DNA of 32,000 bases, taken from assembly GCA_963737305.1 (NCBI GenBank), contig CAVTRX010000002.1:558187-590186 (forward strand). The letters run 5' to 3'. Below, piece after piece: positions 1 to 10,064 of this stretch. This DNA comes from an uncultured Actinomycetota bacterium (lineage in GTDB: Bacteria; Actinomycetota; Actinomycetes; Streptomycetales; Streptomycetaceae). The translations under genes and the position numbers were made by a program. Positions within the stretch are counted from its first letter, which is position 1; every line of letters begins with the position of its first letter. The notes under the pieces were generated by a model. The model searched no databases. It was given only the letters and a program-made list of their open reading frames with translations, and was not told the origin of the DNA.

Positions 1-1
1 A

Positions 2-574
2 CTGCTGGCGCACGTTCCGGGGCTGACGGTGGTGATGCCCTCCGATCCGGCGGAGGCCTACGGCCTGCTGCGCGCGGCCATCCGGGACCCCAACCCGGTG
101 GTGTTCGTGGAGAACCGGCTCCAGTACGGGCTCAAGGGCCCCCGTCCACCGGCCGGCCACCTCGTACCGCTCGGCAAGGCCCGGGTGGCCCGGGAAGGCC
201 GGGACATCACCGTGGTGTCGTACTCGCGCATGGTGCGGCAGGCCCTCGCCGCCGCCGAGGAGCTGGCGTCCGAGGGCATCGACGTGGAGGTGATCGACCT
301 GCGCACCATCGTCCCCCTGGACCGGGAGACCGTGCTCACCTCACTGGCCAAGACGAACAAACTGCTCATCGCCCACGAGGCGGTCAGGGACTTCGGCGTC
401 GGCGCCGAACTGGCCGCCATGGCGGTCGACGAGGGGTTCTGCCATCTCGACGGTCCGGTGGTCCGGGTGGCGCCGCCCGCCATGCCCGCGCCCTACGCAC
501 CGTCGCTGGAACGCCTCTGGCTGCCCGACCACCACACCATCAGCGATGCCGTCCGACGTCTGGTGGCGTACTGA
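2..574 (+). CDS. 2-oxoacid (pyruvate/acetoin/branched-chain) dehydrogenase E1 component beta subunit, C-terminal part; the 5' end lies outside the window
   Basis: The frame is open from the window edge (LLAHVPGLTVVMPSDPAEAYGLLRAAIRDPNPVVFVENR...). The sequence is typical of the E1-beta transketolase-like C-terminal half. Stop codon at 572-574. Confidence 0.85.
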   Translation: MLAHVPGLTVVMPSDPAEAYGLLRAAIRDPNPVVFVENRLQYGLKGPRPPAGHLVPLGKARVAREGRDITVVSYSRMVRQALAAAEELASEGIDVEVIDLRTIVPLDRETVLTSLAKTNKLLIAHEAVRDFGVGAELAAMAVDEGFCHLDGPVVRVAPPAMPAPYAPSLERLWLPDHHTISDAVRRLVAY

Positions 575-702
575 TCCGATGAATCCGCCACGGGATCAAG
601 CCGGAGTAGAATTCCGCGACGCGCCCGAGCCCACCCCGCCCGCCCTGCCGGATCGGGTCGACGGGCCGGGCGATAGAGAACGCATCGATCAGCGAGGTGT
701 CA

Positions 703-1398
703 ATGCCCCGACCCCCTGGCCATGGACCGGGTTTCGAGGTCAGGCGTCAGGAAATCATCGACATGGCCGCCGAGCTCTTCGCCAAAAGAGGCTACGCGGC
801 CACCGGGATCGCTGAGATCTGCACGACCGTCGGGCTCGCGAAAGGCGCTCTCTACTACTACATCGGTTCCAAGGAGAACCTGCTGGTCGAGATCCAGTCC
901 CGGGTCATGCGCCCGCTCCTCGCCACCAGCCGCCGGATCGCCCGGCTGGACGCGGACCCCGCGATCCGCCTGCGCCTGCTCTCCGAGGAACTGCTGCGCA
1001 TCATCCTGCGCCGCCTGAACCACATCAGGGTGTACGAGCACGACCATCCCCATCTCACCGGGGACAATCGCACCCGGCTGATGCGCCAACGCGCAGAATT
1101 CGAGGGCATCATCACGAATCTGCTGTCCGAGGCGATCGACCGCGGCGTGTTCCGTGAAATGCGCCCGCGGCTGGCCATGCTCCAGTTCCTCAACATGCAC
1201 AACCACACGTACCAGTGGGTCAGAGCGGACGGCGACTGGGACGCGGATCTGCTGTCGCGTGAATACTGCGAGACGCTGTTCAACGGATTCCGCAACCGGG
1301 ATGTCGACCCGTACGACGTGGAAAGCCGGGTACGTGAGTTCCGCGAACTGCACCCCGGGCTGATCGTGGATCCGCACGACGAGAACTTCACGGAATGA
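703..1398 (+). CDS. TetR family transcriptional regulator
   Basis: N-terminal TetR HTH (EIIDMAAELFAKRGYAATGIAEICTTVGLAKGALYYYIGSKENLL). The ATG at 703 is preceded by GAGG at 693-696. An alternative GTG lies at 697. Confidence 0.85.
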   Translation: MPRPPGHGPGFEVRRQEIIDMAAELFAKRGYAATGIAEICTTVGLAKGALYYYIGSKENLLVEIQSRVMRPLLATSRRIARLDADPAIRLRLLSEELLRIILRRLNHIRVYEHDHPHLTGDNRTRLMRQRAEFEGIITNLLSEAIDRGVFREMRPRLAMLQFLNMHNHTYQWVRADGDWDADLLSREYCETLFNGFRNRDVDPYDVESRVREFRELHPGLIVDPHDENFTE

Positions 1399-1477
1399 CG
1401 ACGCCGGTCACCGGCGCACCGCGGCTGTGCCACAGTACGGCCTGACCTGAACGCGGTCGTATGACACGGGGGGAACC

Positions 1478-1960
1478 ATGACTGTCGGTACCGCACGCCT
1501 GATCGCCGGAGCGGGATGCCTGTCGGCGGTCCTGGCGCTGGGCGGCTGCTCGGACCGCTCGGCGCCCACCGCGGAGCCGGCCGTCGCGTCGGCATCGGCG
1601 TACTCCCCGCCGGACCGGGTGCCGTGGTCGGATCCCACGCGAAGCCTGAAGGACGTGACCGCCGAGACGCTGGTCTCCACCGGTAGGCGCGCCGGCGGCC
1701 TGTCGATGGCGGAGCCGGGGACAAGGCCGGGTGCGGTGTGGGTGGCCATCGAGTGCCAGGGGAAGGGCCCTCTCACCGTGGACACCGGTGCCTACGGCAG
1801 GTATTCCGAGAAGTGCGGCGCGGTCCCGGACGGCACGATCAACGAGTTCGAGTCGCGCTCATCCGTCCCTGCCGGACGCCTCGGGGTCACCGCCGGCCCG
1901 GGCGTCACCTGGTCGGTCGCCGTCGGCTGGTCCCGGCACGGCGACCACGAGGAGCGGTAG
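1478..1960 (+). CDS. Hypothetical lipoprotein
   Basis: Signal peptide with a lipobox (LALGGC). RBS GGGGGGAA lies just upstream of the ATG. Codon bias is GC3-rich. I do not recognise a family. Confidence 0.65.
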   Translation: MTVGTARLIAGAGCLSAVLALGGCSDRSAPTAEPAVASASAYSPPDRVPWSDPTRSLKDVTAETLVSTGRRAGGLSMAEPGTRPGAVWVAIECQGKGPLTVDTGAYGRYSEKCGAVPDGTINEFESRSSVPAGRLGVTAGPGVTWSVAVGWSRHGDHEER

Positions 1961-2032
1961 AGCGTGCCGGCCCTCCGTCCGCCGGGAGTGCGGTGCCGGC
2001 TCGTAGGCGGGCGCCCGGGACGCTGAAGGCCC

Positions 2033-2064
2033 GGGGACCCGTGGCGGGTTCGCCACGGGTCCCC
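2033..2064. terminator. Bidirectional hairpin terminator between the convergent lipoprotein and trypsin genes
   Basis: Perfect 14-bp stem GGGGACCCGTGGCG / CGCCACGGGTCCCC with loop GGTT, followed by TTT on the + strand. Confidence 0.6.
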
Positions 2065-2129
2065 TTTCAGAAGGCGGCCGGATTCCGGGACCCTGCCCGG
2101 AAGGAACGGCCATCAGGCACGGTGGGCGA

Positions 2130-3005
<876 letters not shown>

Positions 3006-3576
3006 TCATGGAGCTGTGCGGGAGCGCCGATCCTGTGCCCTGTTTCCACGTCTTACACGTGCCGGGGCACGGCGAACGTCGGGAAGCCCACCCCTGAGGG
3101 AGTGCTTCCGCAATGGAAAGAGTATGTAAAGAACCGGTCTCCCTGACAAGAGGCCATCAGCGGTCAACAGCCGCTCCGACGGCAGCGGTTGGCCCGCGCC
3201 CGGCGGTCGCCCAGCGCCCGGCCACAGGGATCCGGGTGCCCTCCGCCATGACGAAATCCAGCGGGTTTGCCCGGCCGAGGTGGCCGGTGAGCGGCTCGTA
3301 CGGATACGCGGATAAGACCGGTACCGGCCCGATCGTGGCCGAATCACCAACCTCCGACGATTTACCGGAGCAGGCGTCATGACTGACGTGAGCCGATTTT
3401 TCGCCGTATTGATCCCCGACCCGACAAGTACCGAAAGCACCCGTCGACGCACCCACCGTCCGTTCCGGATCCGCAAGCCGCCGCCGCGGCGGCCCATTAC
3501 CCGGACCACAGAGGCATCGGTGGCGGCGCCGCCCCTCGGAGCACTGATCACCGCTGGTGGGGGGCACTATCCTGCC

Positions 3577-3820
3577 GTCCGGAATTCTTTTGCCGGACAA
3601 GCGTTCCGGTTGAATCGATCTATCAACCAGGAAAACGTGAAATGGCCAGAGCGTCGGCTGTGCCGTTGATTCGAACCGATATCGTCCGGATGGATACTCC
3701 TATGCCGCCGACTCTTTAGGGGGCACCCCTTCCCCATAGGGGTGTTCAATGCCGCCGATGCTCTGTCACCATTCACCGGCACCAAGCCATCAATTCGGCG
3801 CAGAATTGGGAGGACGAGTT
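3577..3820 (+). promoter_or_regulatory. Structured, locally AT-rich 5' leader upstream of the small secreted protein gene; family unknown
   Basis: Three serial hairpins at 3577-3598, 3602-3637 and 3724-3744. The 10-nt direct repeat ATGCCGCCGA occurs at 3702-3711 and 3749-3758. Alternating G5/C4/C4/G4 runs lie at 3719-3742. Confidence 0.35.
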
Positions 3821-4204
3821 ATGAAGCGTGTTACCTACGGGGTGCTCGCGGCTGCGGCTGCGGCTGCCGCCATCGTCGCCGGCCCGAGCGCGGCCTTCGC
3901 CGCCGCTCCTGCCTCCAGCAGCGTGGCGCCGCACAGCACCTGCACCGCGACCACCTCGGGCAGCTCCGTCTCCGGCGGCTGCACGATCTCGACGGGGGTC
4001 GGCACCTTCGGCAGCACCTTCAGCGGGACCTTCGGCTCCAACGGCCAGGGCTCGGGCTCGATCGTGCTGCACGGCGGCGCGCTCGGCAACATGAACGGCA
4101 CCTGGACCGGTGGCTCGTTCACCAGCTCCTCCGCCACCGTCAACTACACGGTGCAGACCCCGGCCGGCCCGGTCAGCGGTTCCTTCCCGGTCAGCGTCAA
4201 CTGA
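3821..4204 (+). CDS. Small secreted Gly/Ser/Thr-rich protein, function unknown
   Basis: The ATG at 3821 is preceded by GGGAGG. The signal peptide is MKRVTYGVLAAAAAAAAIVAGPSAAFA. The mature part is about 100 aa with 2 Cys. The upstream in-frame ATG at 3749 lacks an RBS. Confidence 0.65.
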   Translation: MKRVTYGVLAAAAAAAAIVAGPSAAFAAAPASSSVAPHSTCTATTSGSSVSGGCTISTGVGTFGSTFSGTFGSNGQGSGSIVLHGGALGNMNGTWTGGSFTSSSATVNYTVQTPAGPVSGSFPVSVN

Positions 4205-4225
4205 CCTGACGGACCCCAGCGTCCG

Positions 4226-4265
4226 CGCACGGTGCCCGGCCACCACGGTGGCCGGGCACCGTGCG
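4226..4265 (+). terminator. Hairpin terminator after the small secreted protein gene
   Basis: Perfect 18-19 bp inverted repeat GCACGGTGCCCGGCCACC-ac-GGTGGCCGGGCACCGTGC, 22 nt after the stop. There is no U-tract, which is common in Streptomyces. Confidence 0.55.
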
Positions 4266-4445
4266 TTCGCATGCCCCACACCCCGCCACACCGCCCCGTC
4301 CGCGGGTATCCGGTGAACATGTTCGGTGTTGCGTCACGGTCACGTCACCGGTGGCCCCTGCCGCCGACGCGGTGTGTGATCATCCCCGGGACCGATCGGT
4401 GAACCGCGGCGACCGGCCGCGGGGTGAGTGTTGGCAGGGGAAACG

Positions 4446-5060
4446 ATGCGTACACGGCGGATGACGGCGGCATTGGCGGGGGTGCTCCTCGGAGGCATCG
4501 TCCTCAGCGCGTGCGGCGGCGGGGCAAGCGACACGGGCCGGGAGACGTCGCAGGCGTCCTCCCCGGCGGCCGGCTCGTCGAACCGGTCCGCCGGCCCGGC
4601 GGACGGTGGCGCCGACCGGACGGCCGCGGCGGACGGCGACACCTGCGCGACCGCCGACCTGGCCTTCGGCTACGGCCCCGACAGCGGCGCGCAGTCGCCC
4701 GACTCCCCCGGCGCCGTCGTCGTCAAGCTGACCAACCGGGGCGCCTCCGACTGCGTCATGAACGGATTCCCCGGCGTGGACCTGCACACCGACCACGGTG
4801 TCCTGACGGTGCCTCGCACCAAGCAGACGCCTCGCCAGGTCACCCTCGAACCCGGCGGGAGCACCCTGTTCGACATCCTCTACATGCCCAGCGACCCGGG
4901 GAGCAGCACCGGAACCAAGGTCTCCACCATGGTGATCACCCCGCCGAACGAGACCCACTCGCACTCCATGCCGTGGGAGTACCAGTCGATCCTCGTCACC
5001 AACGGCGAGGGCAGCCTCGACGCCTACCCCGCTGTGGGGCCGGTCGGCACCGACAGCTGA
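4446..5060 (+). CDS. DUF4232-like lipoprotein
   Basis: Start MRTRRM has an upstream GGGGA. Lipobox LSAC. The C-terminal domain pattern is C..ADL...VKLTNRGASDCVMNGFPGVDL...VTLEPGGS, which is typical of DUF4232. Confidence 0.72.
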   Translation: MRTRRMTAALAGVLLGGIVLSACGGGASDTGRETSQASSPAAGSSNRSAGPADGGADRTAAADGDTCATADLAFGYGPDSGAQSPDSPGAVVVKLTNRGASDCVMNGFPGVDLHTDHGVLTVPRTKQTPRQVTLEPGGSTLFDILYMPSDPGSSTGTKVSTMVITPPNETHSHSMPWEYQSILVTNGEGSLDAYPAVGPVGTDS

Positions 5061-5073
5061 GACGAGGAGGCGT

Positions 5074-5109
5074 CCGGCCTGGCATCCGGGTGTGCGGATG
5101 CCAGGCCGG
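5074..5109. terminator. Bidirectional hairpin terminator between convergent genes
   Basis: Perfect 14-bp stem CCGGCCTGGCATCC / GGATGCCAGGCCGG with an 8-nt loop. Confidence 0.6.
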
Positions 5110-5124
5110 TCACGCCGGTCGGGG

Positions 5125-5760
5125 TCAGGCGACCGACGTGGAGGTCAAAGCGGGGTTCGTGGGCACGTAGCACGCGGTCGGCACGTCGACGTTGAGGATG
5201 CTGACCTGGACGTTCGCGGTGAAGGTCAGGCCCGGGTCGGTGTAGCTGGTCCCGGCGATCTGGGTCTGCACGTTGCCGCCCGCGGCACCGGCGGTCATGT
5301 CGAGGGTGAGCGTGGGAAGCGTGAACGTGCTGCCCCCGGCGATCGGCCCCGGCAGCGTGATGACCAGGTTGGCGCCGCTGACCGCGACGGTGGCGCCGTC
5401 GGCCCCGGAGCCGCCGGAGAGCGACTCACCGGTCAGGGTGGCGCCCGCCGGGATCGGGAGCGAAAGCTGGAGGTTGCTGAGCGAGTTCACCGTGTCCCCG
5501 CTGACGGAGGTGGGAACGGTGAGCGGGTCGGGCGCCAGGTCGACGGTGAACGCGCTGCCCGCCGTCACCGAGGCGGGGGCGGTGCCGTTGACACCGGCGT
5601 CGAGGGTGAAGGTCTGCGCCCCTCCGATCGGCGGGGTCGCCTGGCAGTCGAAGCCGACCGGCACGTCGGCGGCGGAGGCAGGGCCGGTCGCCAGTCCGAC
5701 CACCGCTATTCCGGCGGCGAGCGGCATACCGATACGAGCCAAGACCGATCTGGTCCTCAT
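5125..5760 (-). CDS. Secreted protein, function unknown (predicted beta-rich)
   Basis: Start MRTRSVLARIG at 5760 has RBS GGGAGA. The signal peptide ends ASAADVP. The mature part is Thr/Gly/Ala/Val-rich with 2 Cys. Codon bias is good. Confidence 0.62.
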   Translation of the reverse strand: MRTRSVLARIGMPLAAGIAVVGLATGPASAADVPVGFDCQATPPIGGAQTFTLDAGVNGTAPASVTAGSAFTVDLAPDPLTVPTSVSGDTVNSLSNLQLSLPIPAGATLTGESLSGGSGADGATVAVSGANLVITLPGPIAGGSTFTLPTLTLDMTAGAAGGNVQTQIAGTSYTDPGLTFTANVQVSILNVDVPTACYVPTNPALTSTSVA

Positions 5761-6069
5761 GATGTCTCCCATGGGTCCTGTGGGGGGACGCGCATATGTC
5801 GACGCGTCAGGGCGTACATCAGAATGAGTGCACTCTCCCCCGGCATCAAGATGGCCTCCGCCACCGGCCCGGGGGAAAGTCCGCGTTCACCGCACATGAC
5901 CGAAAACTGATCTCCGTCGTGGGGCTCCTGTCCCCCGGACGGCCCTGACCGGTCTTCCGTTCGCCGGAATTGCCGTCCCGCTCCCGGCAGCCGATCGTGG
6001 GGAGCGGACCTGAGGGTCCCCGAGCGCACCGGTGGCGCGGGGACCGCGTTGCGAGGAGCGGAGGCGGCC

Positions 6070-6915
6070 GTGCCCGGGAAGAACGAGCAGGGGAAGGACC
6101 GGCAGGCCCAGAAAAGGCTGCCCCGGCGTCTGTACACACCGGAGCTGCGGCGCCTTCAGGCGGAGCTGGTCAAGCTTCAGGAGTGGGTCCGCTCCGAGGG
6201 CCGGCGGCTGGTCGTCGTCTTCGAGGGCCGGGACGCGGCGGGCAAGGGCGGCACCATCAAGCGGCTCACCGAGGGTCTGAACCCCCGCGTCGCCCGGGTC
6301 GTGGCGCTGCCGACCCCGACCGAGCGGCAGCGCACCCAATGGTACTTCCAGCGCTACGTCGAGCACCTGCCGGCCGCGGGCGAGATCGTGCTGTTCGACC
6401 GCAGCTGGTACAACCGGGCGGGCGTGGAGCAGGTCATGGGCTTCTGCACCCCCGCGGAGTACGCCAGGTTCCTGCGTCAGTGCCCGATCTTCGAGCGGAT
6501 GCTGGTGGAGGACGGGGTGCTGCTGCGCAAGTACTGGTTCTCCGTCAGCGACGAGGTGCAGCAGGAACGGTTCCGCAGCCGGCTGGAGGACCCCATGCGG
6601 CGCTGGAAGCTCTCCCCGATGGACCTGGAGTCCGTCACCCGCTGGGAGGCGTACTCCCGGGCGAAGGACAACATGTTCGTGCACACCGACGTTCCCGAGA
6701 CGCCCTGGTTCGTGGTCGAGAGCGACGACAAGCGCTCCGCCCGCCTGAACATGATGGCCCATCTGCTGGCCACGGTCCCGTACCACGAGGTCACGCCCCC
6801 GACCCTCCGGTTGCCGACCCGCCCGCCGTCCACCGGCTACCAGCGGACCCCCCGTGACCTGCAGACCTACGTACCCGACCACGCCGGGACACTACGCGCC
6901 GCCGCCTCCGGCTGA
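6070..6915 (+). CDS. ppk2: Polyphosphate kinase 2 (PPK2 family)
   Basis: PPK2 hallmarks are present: YTPELRRLQAELVKLQEWV, Walker A-like FEGRDAAGKGGTIKR, LFDRSWYNR and the lid region. The GTG at 6070 is preceded by GGAGCGGAGG. The ORF track starts at TTG 6049. Confidence 0.88.
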   Translation: MPGKNEQGKDRQAQKRLPRRLYTPELRRLQAELVKLQEWVRSEGRRLVVVFEGRDAAGKGGTIKRLTEGLNPRVARVVALPTPTERQRTQWYFQRYVEHLPAAGEIVLFDRSWYNRAGVEQVMGFCTPAEYARFLRQCPIFERMLVEDGVLLRKYWFSVSDEVQQERFRSRLEDPMRRWKLSPMDLESVTRWEAYSRAKDNMFVHTDVPETPWFVVESDDKRSARLNMMAHLLATVPYHEVTPPTLRLPTRPPSTGYQRTPRDLQTYVPDHAGTLRAAASG

Positions 6916-7001
6916 GCTCCCCGGCCGCGACCCGCCAGGTGGCGGATCGGCCACCGCGTCCTTACGATGCCGCCCCGGCGCTGCGGCCGCGCCGGCCGTG
7001 T

Positions 7002-7436
7002 CTACAGTTCGGCGAAGTTCGGGATGGTGATCGAACCGTCCGCGGCGAGCGTGAAGCCCGGGTTGTGGGCGATCTCCCACAGGTGGCCGTCGGGGTCGGC
7101 GAAGACCCCCGCGTAGCCGCCGTAGAACGTCTCGGCGGCGGGCCTGGTGACGGTGGCCCCGGCCTGCTCGGCCACCGCCATGAGGTCGTCGACCTCCGCC
7201 CGCGAACGCACGTTGTGGGCGAGGGCGATCCCGCCGAATCCGGCCGCCCCGCTGTCCCGCACCCCGCAGTCGGCCGCGAGCTTCTCCCGACTCCACAGGA
7301 CGACCGCGAGGCCGCCCGCCTGGAAGAAGACCGTCTCCTCCACCTCCTGGCCCTGCCAGCCCAGGCTCTCGTAGAAGGCCCGGGCGCGTGCCAGATCGGT
7401 GATGCCCAAAGTGATCAGACTGACGCGCTGTTCCAT
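7002..7436 (-). CDS. VOC family protein (glyoxalase/bleomycin-resistance fold)
   Basis: 144 aa. N-terminus MEQRVSLITLGITDLARARAFYESLGW, with C-terminal ...FADPDGHLWEIAHNP, typical of the VOC superfamily. Confidence 0.82.
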   Translation of the reverse strand: MEQRVSLITLGITDLARARAFYESLGWQGQEVEETVFFQAGGLAVVLWSREKLAADCGVRDSGAAGFGGIALAHNVRSRAEVDDLMAVAEQAGATVTRPAAETFYGGYAGVFADPDGHLWEIAHNPGFTLAADGSITIPNFAEL

Positions 7437-7531
7437 CGCCTCACCCTATACACCCCTCGGACCGGCCGACGGTAGGTGGGCTGCCGCGAGGTCGTGGCGG
7501 AGCTGGTCGAGCCTCTGACCTGCCGGGAGGT

Positions 7532-8182
7532 CTACGGACCGATGACGCCCGCGTCGTGAGCTATCAGGCCGGCCTGGGTGCGGTTCACGCACTCCAGCTT
7601 GTCCAGCAGGCGCGACACATAGCCCTTGACCGTGGCCTCCGAGAGGTGCAGCCGGGCCGCGATCCGCGCGTTCGACAGCCCCTCACCGAGGCCGGTCAGC
7701 ACCTCCGTCTCGCGTTCGGTCAGCGATCCGACAAGCCGCCTGGCGCGATCACGCGCCGGAATGCTCTCGGTCGACGCCGCCACCAGCCGGCGGGCCGCGG
7801 CCGGCGACAGCACGGTGTGCCCCTGGGCGGCCACCCTGACGAGGCCGATCAGATCCTCCGGCGGCGTGGACTTGACCAGGAACCCGGCGGCACCGGCCCG
7901 CAGCGCACGCAGCACGTAGCGGTCGGCATCGAAGGTCGTCAGCACCACGACCGCCGGCGGGTCCGCGAGCTTGTTGATGCGCTCGATCGCGGTGAGCCCG
8001 TCGACACCCGGCATCCGCAGGTCCATGAGCACGACGTCCGGTCTGCCGCGCACGACCGCCTCGACGCCCGCCGCCCCGTCGTGCGCCTCGTCGACGACCT
8101 CGACGTCCTCGGCCGAGCTGAGGATGGTCCGCAGGAACCCGCACACCATCGGCTCGTCGTCCACAATGATCACCCGAACCAT
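7532..8182 (-). CDS. Two-component response regulator, NarL/LuxR family
   Basis: REC domain (VRVIIVDDEPMV...DVVLMDLRMPGVDG) plus a C-terminal LuxR HTH (LTERETEVLTGLGEGLSNARIAARLHLSEATVKGYVSRLL). It starts 3 nt after the kinase stop. Confidence 0.9.
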   Translation of the reverse strand: MVRVIIVDDEPMVCGFLRTILSSAEDVEVVDEAHDGAAGVEAVVRGRPDVVLMDLRMPGVDGLTAIERINKLADPPAVVVLTTFDADRYVLRALRAGAAGFLVKSTPPEDLIGLVRVAAQGHTVLSPAAARRLVAASTESIPARDRARRLVGSLTERETEVLTGLGEGLSNARIAARLHLSEATVKGYVSRLLDKLECVNRTQAGLIAHDAGVIGP

Positions 8183-8185
8183 GGC

Positions 8186-9391
8186 TCACCCCACCGCTTC
8201 CGCGGTCGGCACATAGGCGGGCAGGACGGCCTCGACGCTGAACCCGCCGTCCCGCAGACCTTCCACGCGCAGTGTGCCGTGCACGAGTTCTATGCGCCGG
8301 CGCAGGTGGGCGATGCCCAGCCCGGAGCCGGTGGCCGCCAGTCCCCAACCGGGCTCGCCGGTCGGCGGGGTGTTGCGGATGACCAGCCGCACCTGCCTCT
8401 CGTCGTACTCGACCCGTACGGTCACCCGCGCGCCGGGCGCGTGCTTGCGGACGTTGGTCAACGCCTCACGGACGATGCGGTACGCCGTGCGGCCGACCAC
8501 AGGTGAAGCCAACGCGCTGTCGCCCTCCTCGATCAGTTCTGCCGGTATCCCCACCGCGGTGGACTCGGCGACCAGTTCGGCGAATCCCGCCACCGACGGT
8601 GTCTCGTCCCCTTCCGGCGCGGTGCGCAGGATGCCGACCAGGTCCCGCAGTTCGTCCAGCGCCTGACAGCCGGCCGCCCGTAGTTCTTCCGCCGCCCGCT
8701 GGGTCGCCTCGTCGGTCGCCGTCACCCGCAGCGCTCCCGCCTGCAGCACCATCAAACTCACCCGATGGGTCACCACGTCGTGCATCTCCCCTGCCAGCCG
8801 GGCGCGTTCCTCGGCCCTGGCCTGTTCCGCGAGCAGGTGCTGTTCCCGCTCGGCCCGGTCCGCGCGTTCGACCAGCGCCGTGACCAGCCGTCGGCGGGCG
8901 TCGAAGTACAGCGCGAGCAGTGGCCCGACGGCGGTGCGCAACAGCCCTATCGAGACCACCGTGACCGACGGATCCCACACGCGCGCGACGACGAGTGTGA
9001 GGGCGGCGATCGTGATGACGGCCGCCCGCCGGTCGCGGCGGCCGGGCCGCTGCAGGATGGGCCCGTACGCCGCGATCACCGTCCCGTACGGCGCCCACAG
9101 GTTCCCGGTGTGGGCCGGGGTCAGCAGGCCCGCCGGCGAGATCATCAGCGTCAGGACGAGCGTGAACACGCACAGGACGGCGGCGACCGCCACCGGCGCG
9201 CGACGCCGGAAGACCAGCGAGAGGACCGCGAGCGCCTGGACACCGAGCACGACCCAGGCAAGCGGCCCCGGGTGGGCCGGCCACCACGTGCCGCCCACCA
9301 CCGTCGACCCCGTGTCGAGCAGCGCGAAGGCGACCGCTATCGCCACATCCAGGGCGACGTGGTGGCGGCAGTGCCACGGCTTTCGGGTCAT
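8186..9391 (-). CDS. Sensor histidine kinase, HisKA_3 (NarX/DesK-like) type
   Basis: Multi-TM N-terminus with no large extracytoplasmic loop. H-box LAGEMHDVVTHRVS. HATPase region NVRKHAPG...GSGLGIAHLRRR. Confidence 0.9.
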   Translation of the reverse strand: MTRKPWHCRHHVALDVAIAVAFALLDTGSTVVGGTWWPAHPGPLAWVVLGVQALAVLSLVFRRRAPVAVAAVLCVFTLVLTLMISPAGLLTPAHTGNLWAPYGTVIAAYGPILQRPGRRDRRAAVITIAALTLVVARVWDPSVTVVSIGLLRTAVGPLLALYFDARRRLVTALVERADRAEREQHLLAEQARAEERARLAGEMHDVVTHRVSLMVLQAGALRVTATDEATQRAAEELRAAGCQALDELRDLVGILRTAPEGDETPSVAGFAELVAESTAVGIPAELIEEGDSALASPVVGRTAYRIVREALTNVRKHAPGARVTVRVEYDERQVRLVIRNTPPTGEPGWGLAATGSGLGIAHLRRRIELVHGTLRVEGLRDGGFSVEAVLPAYVPTAEAVG

Positions 9392-9560
9392 GCGGCCTAC
9401 GGTATGGCACCTTCACCAGCCCCGGGTCCGCGGCGAAACGTTCGGCGGTGGAAAGAACCTACGAAAGTCGTATGCGGGTCCACCGGGCGGGCCGTTGGTC
9501 GGGCCAGGAGCCGACGTCTCGCCGTTGCACGGGGCGGCCCACCCCACGCGTAATGGAGAC

Positions 9561-10064
9561 ATGGAACGCCAGACACCGCTGCCCGGGCCGGGCCGCTACG
9601 AGATCGACACCGACCGGTCGGAGATCACCTTCAAGACCACGCACCTGTTCGGACTACTGCCCGTGCGCGGCACCTTCGCGATACGGAGCGGGACGGTCGA
9701 CATCGGCGAATCACTCGCCGCTTCCGACGTCCATGTGGTGGTGGACGCCGCGAGCATACGCACGGGAAGTGAACGACGCGACAGCGAGGTGCGGTCGGCA
9801 CGCTTCCTCGACACCGCGCGCCATCCCGTCATGACGTTCGTCTCCCACCGAGTGGATACCACCACCGTCGCCGGCGAGCTCACCGTGGGCGCGGTCGCCC
9901 GTCCGGTGAGTCTGTCGATCGAGCGTTCCGAGGTGACACCGGAGGCGTTCACCGCCCGTGCCGTCACGAGCGTGGACCGCAACGACTTCGGTGTGGACGC
10001 CTCCCCGGGGCTCGCAGGACGCCATCTCGACCTGACCCTGGAGGTGACATGCGTGCGTCGGTGA
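9561..10064 (+). CDS. yceI: YceI family (polyisoprenoid-binding-like) protein
   Basis: GRYEIDTDRSEITFKTTHLFGLLPVRGTF...RDSEVRSARFLDTARHPVMTF is the YceI signature. The ATG at 9561 has GGAGAC upstream. The long N-terminal ORF extension from 8880 runs antisense to the kinase and is rejected. Confidence 0.82.
   Translation: MERQTPLPGPGRYEIDTDRSEITFKTTHLFGLLPVRGTFAIRSGTVDIGESLAASDVHVVVDAASIRTGSERRDSEVRSARFLDTARHPVMTFVSHRVDTTTVAGELTVGAVARPVSLSIERSEVTPEAFTARAVTSVDRNDFGVDASPGLAGRHLDLTLEVTCVRR

Noticed and set aside
3661-3690. A tRNA T-loop-like GGTTCGAATC on the minus strand, which could indicate a tRNA gene or att-site remnant.
   Set aside because: The flanking bases cannot form the 5-bp T-stem, and I could not build an acceptor or anticodon arm. 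It is most likely a chance match inside the structured leader.
5885-5891. A PHO-box-like unit GTTCACC upstream of ppk2, suggesting possible PhoP regulation.
   Set aside because: Only a single direct-repeat unit is present. The neighbouring 11-nt registers do not match, and functional PHO boxes need at least two units.
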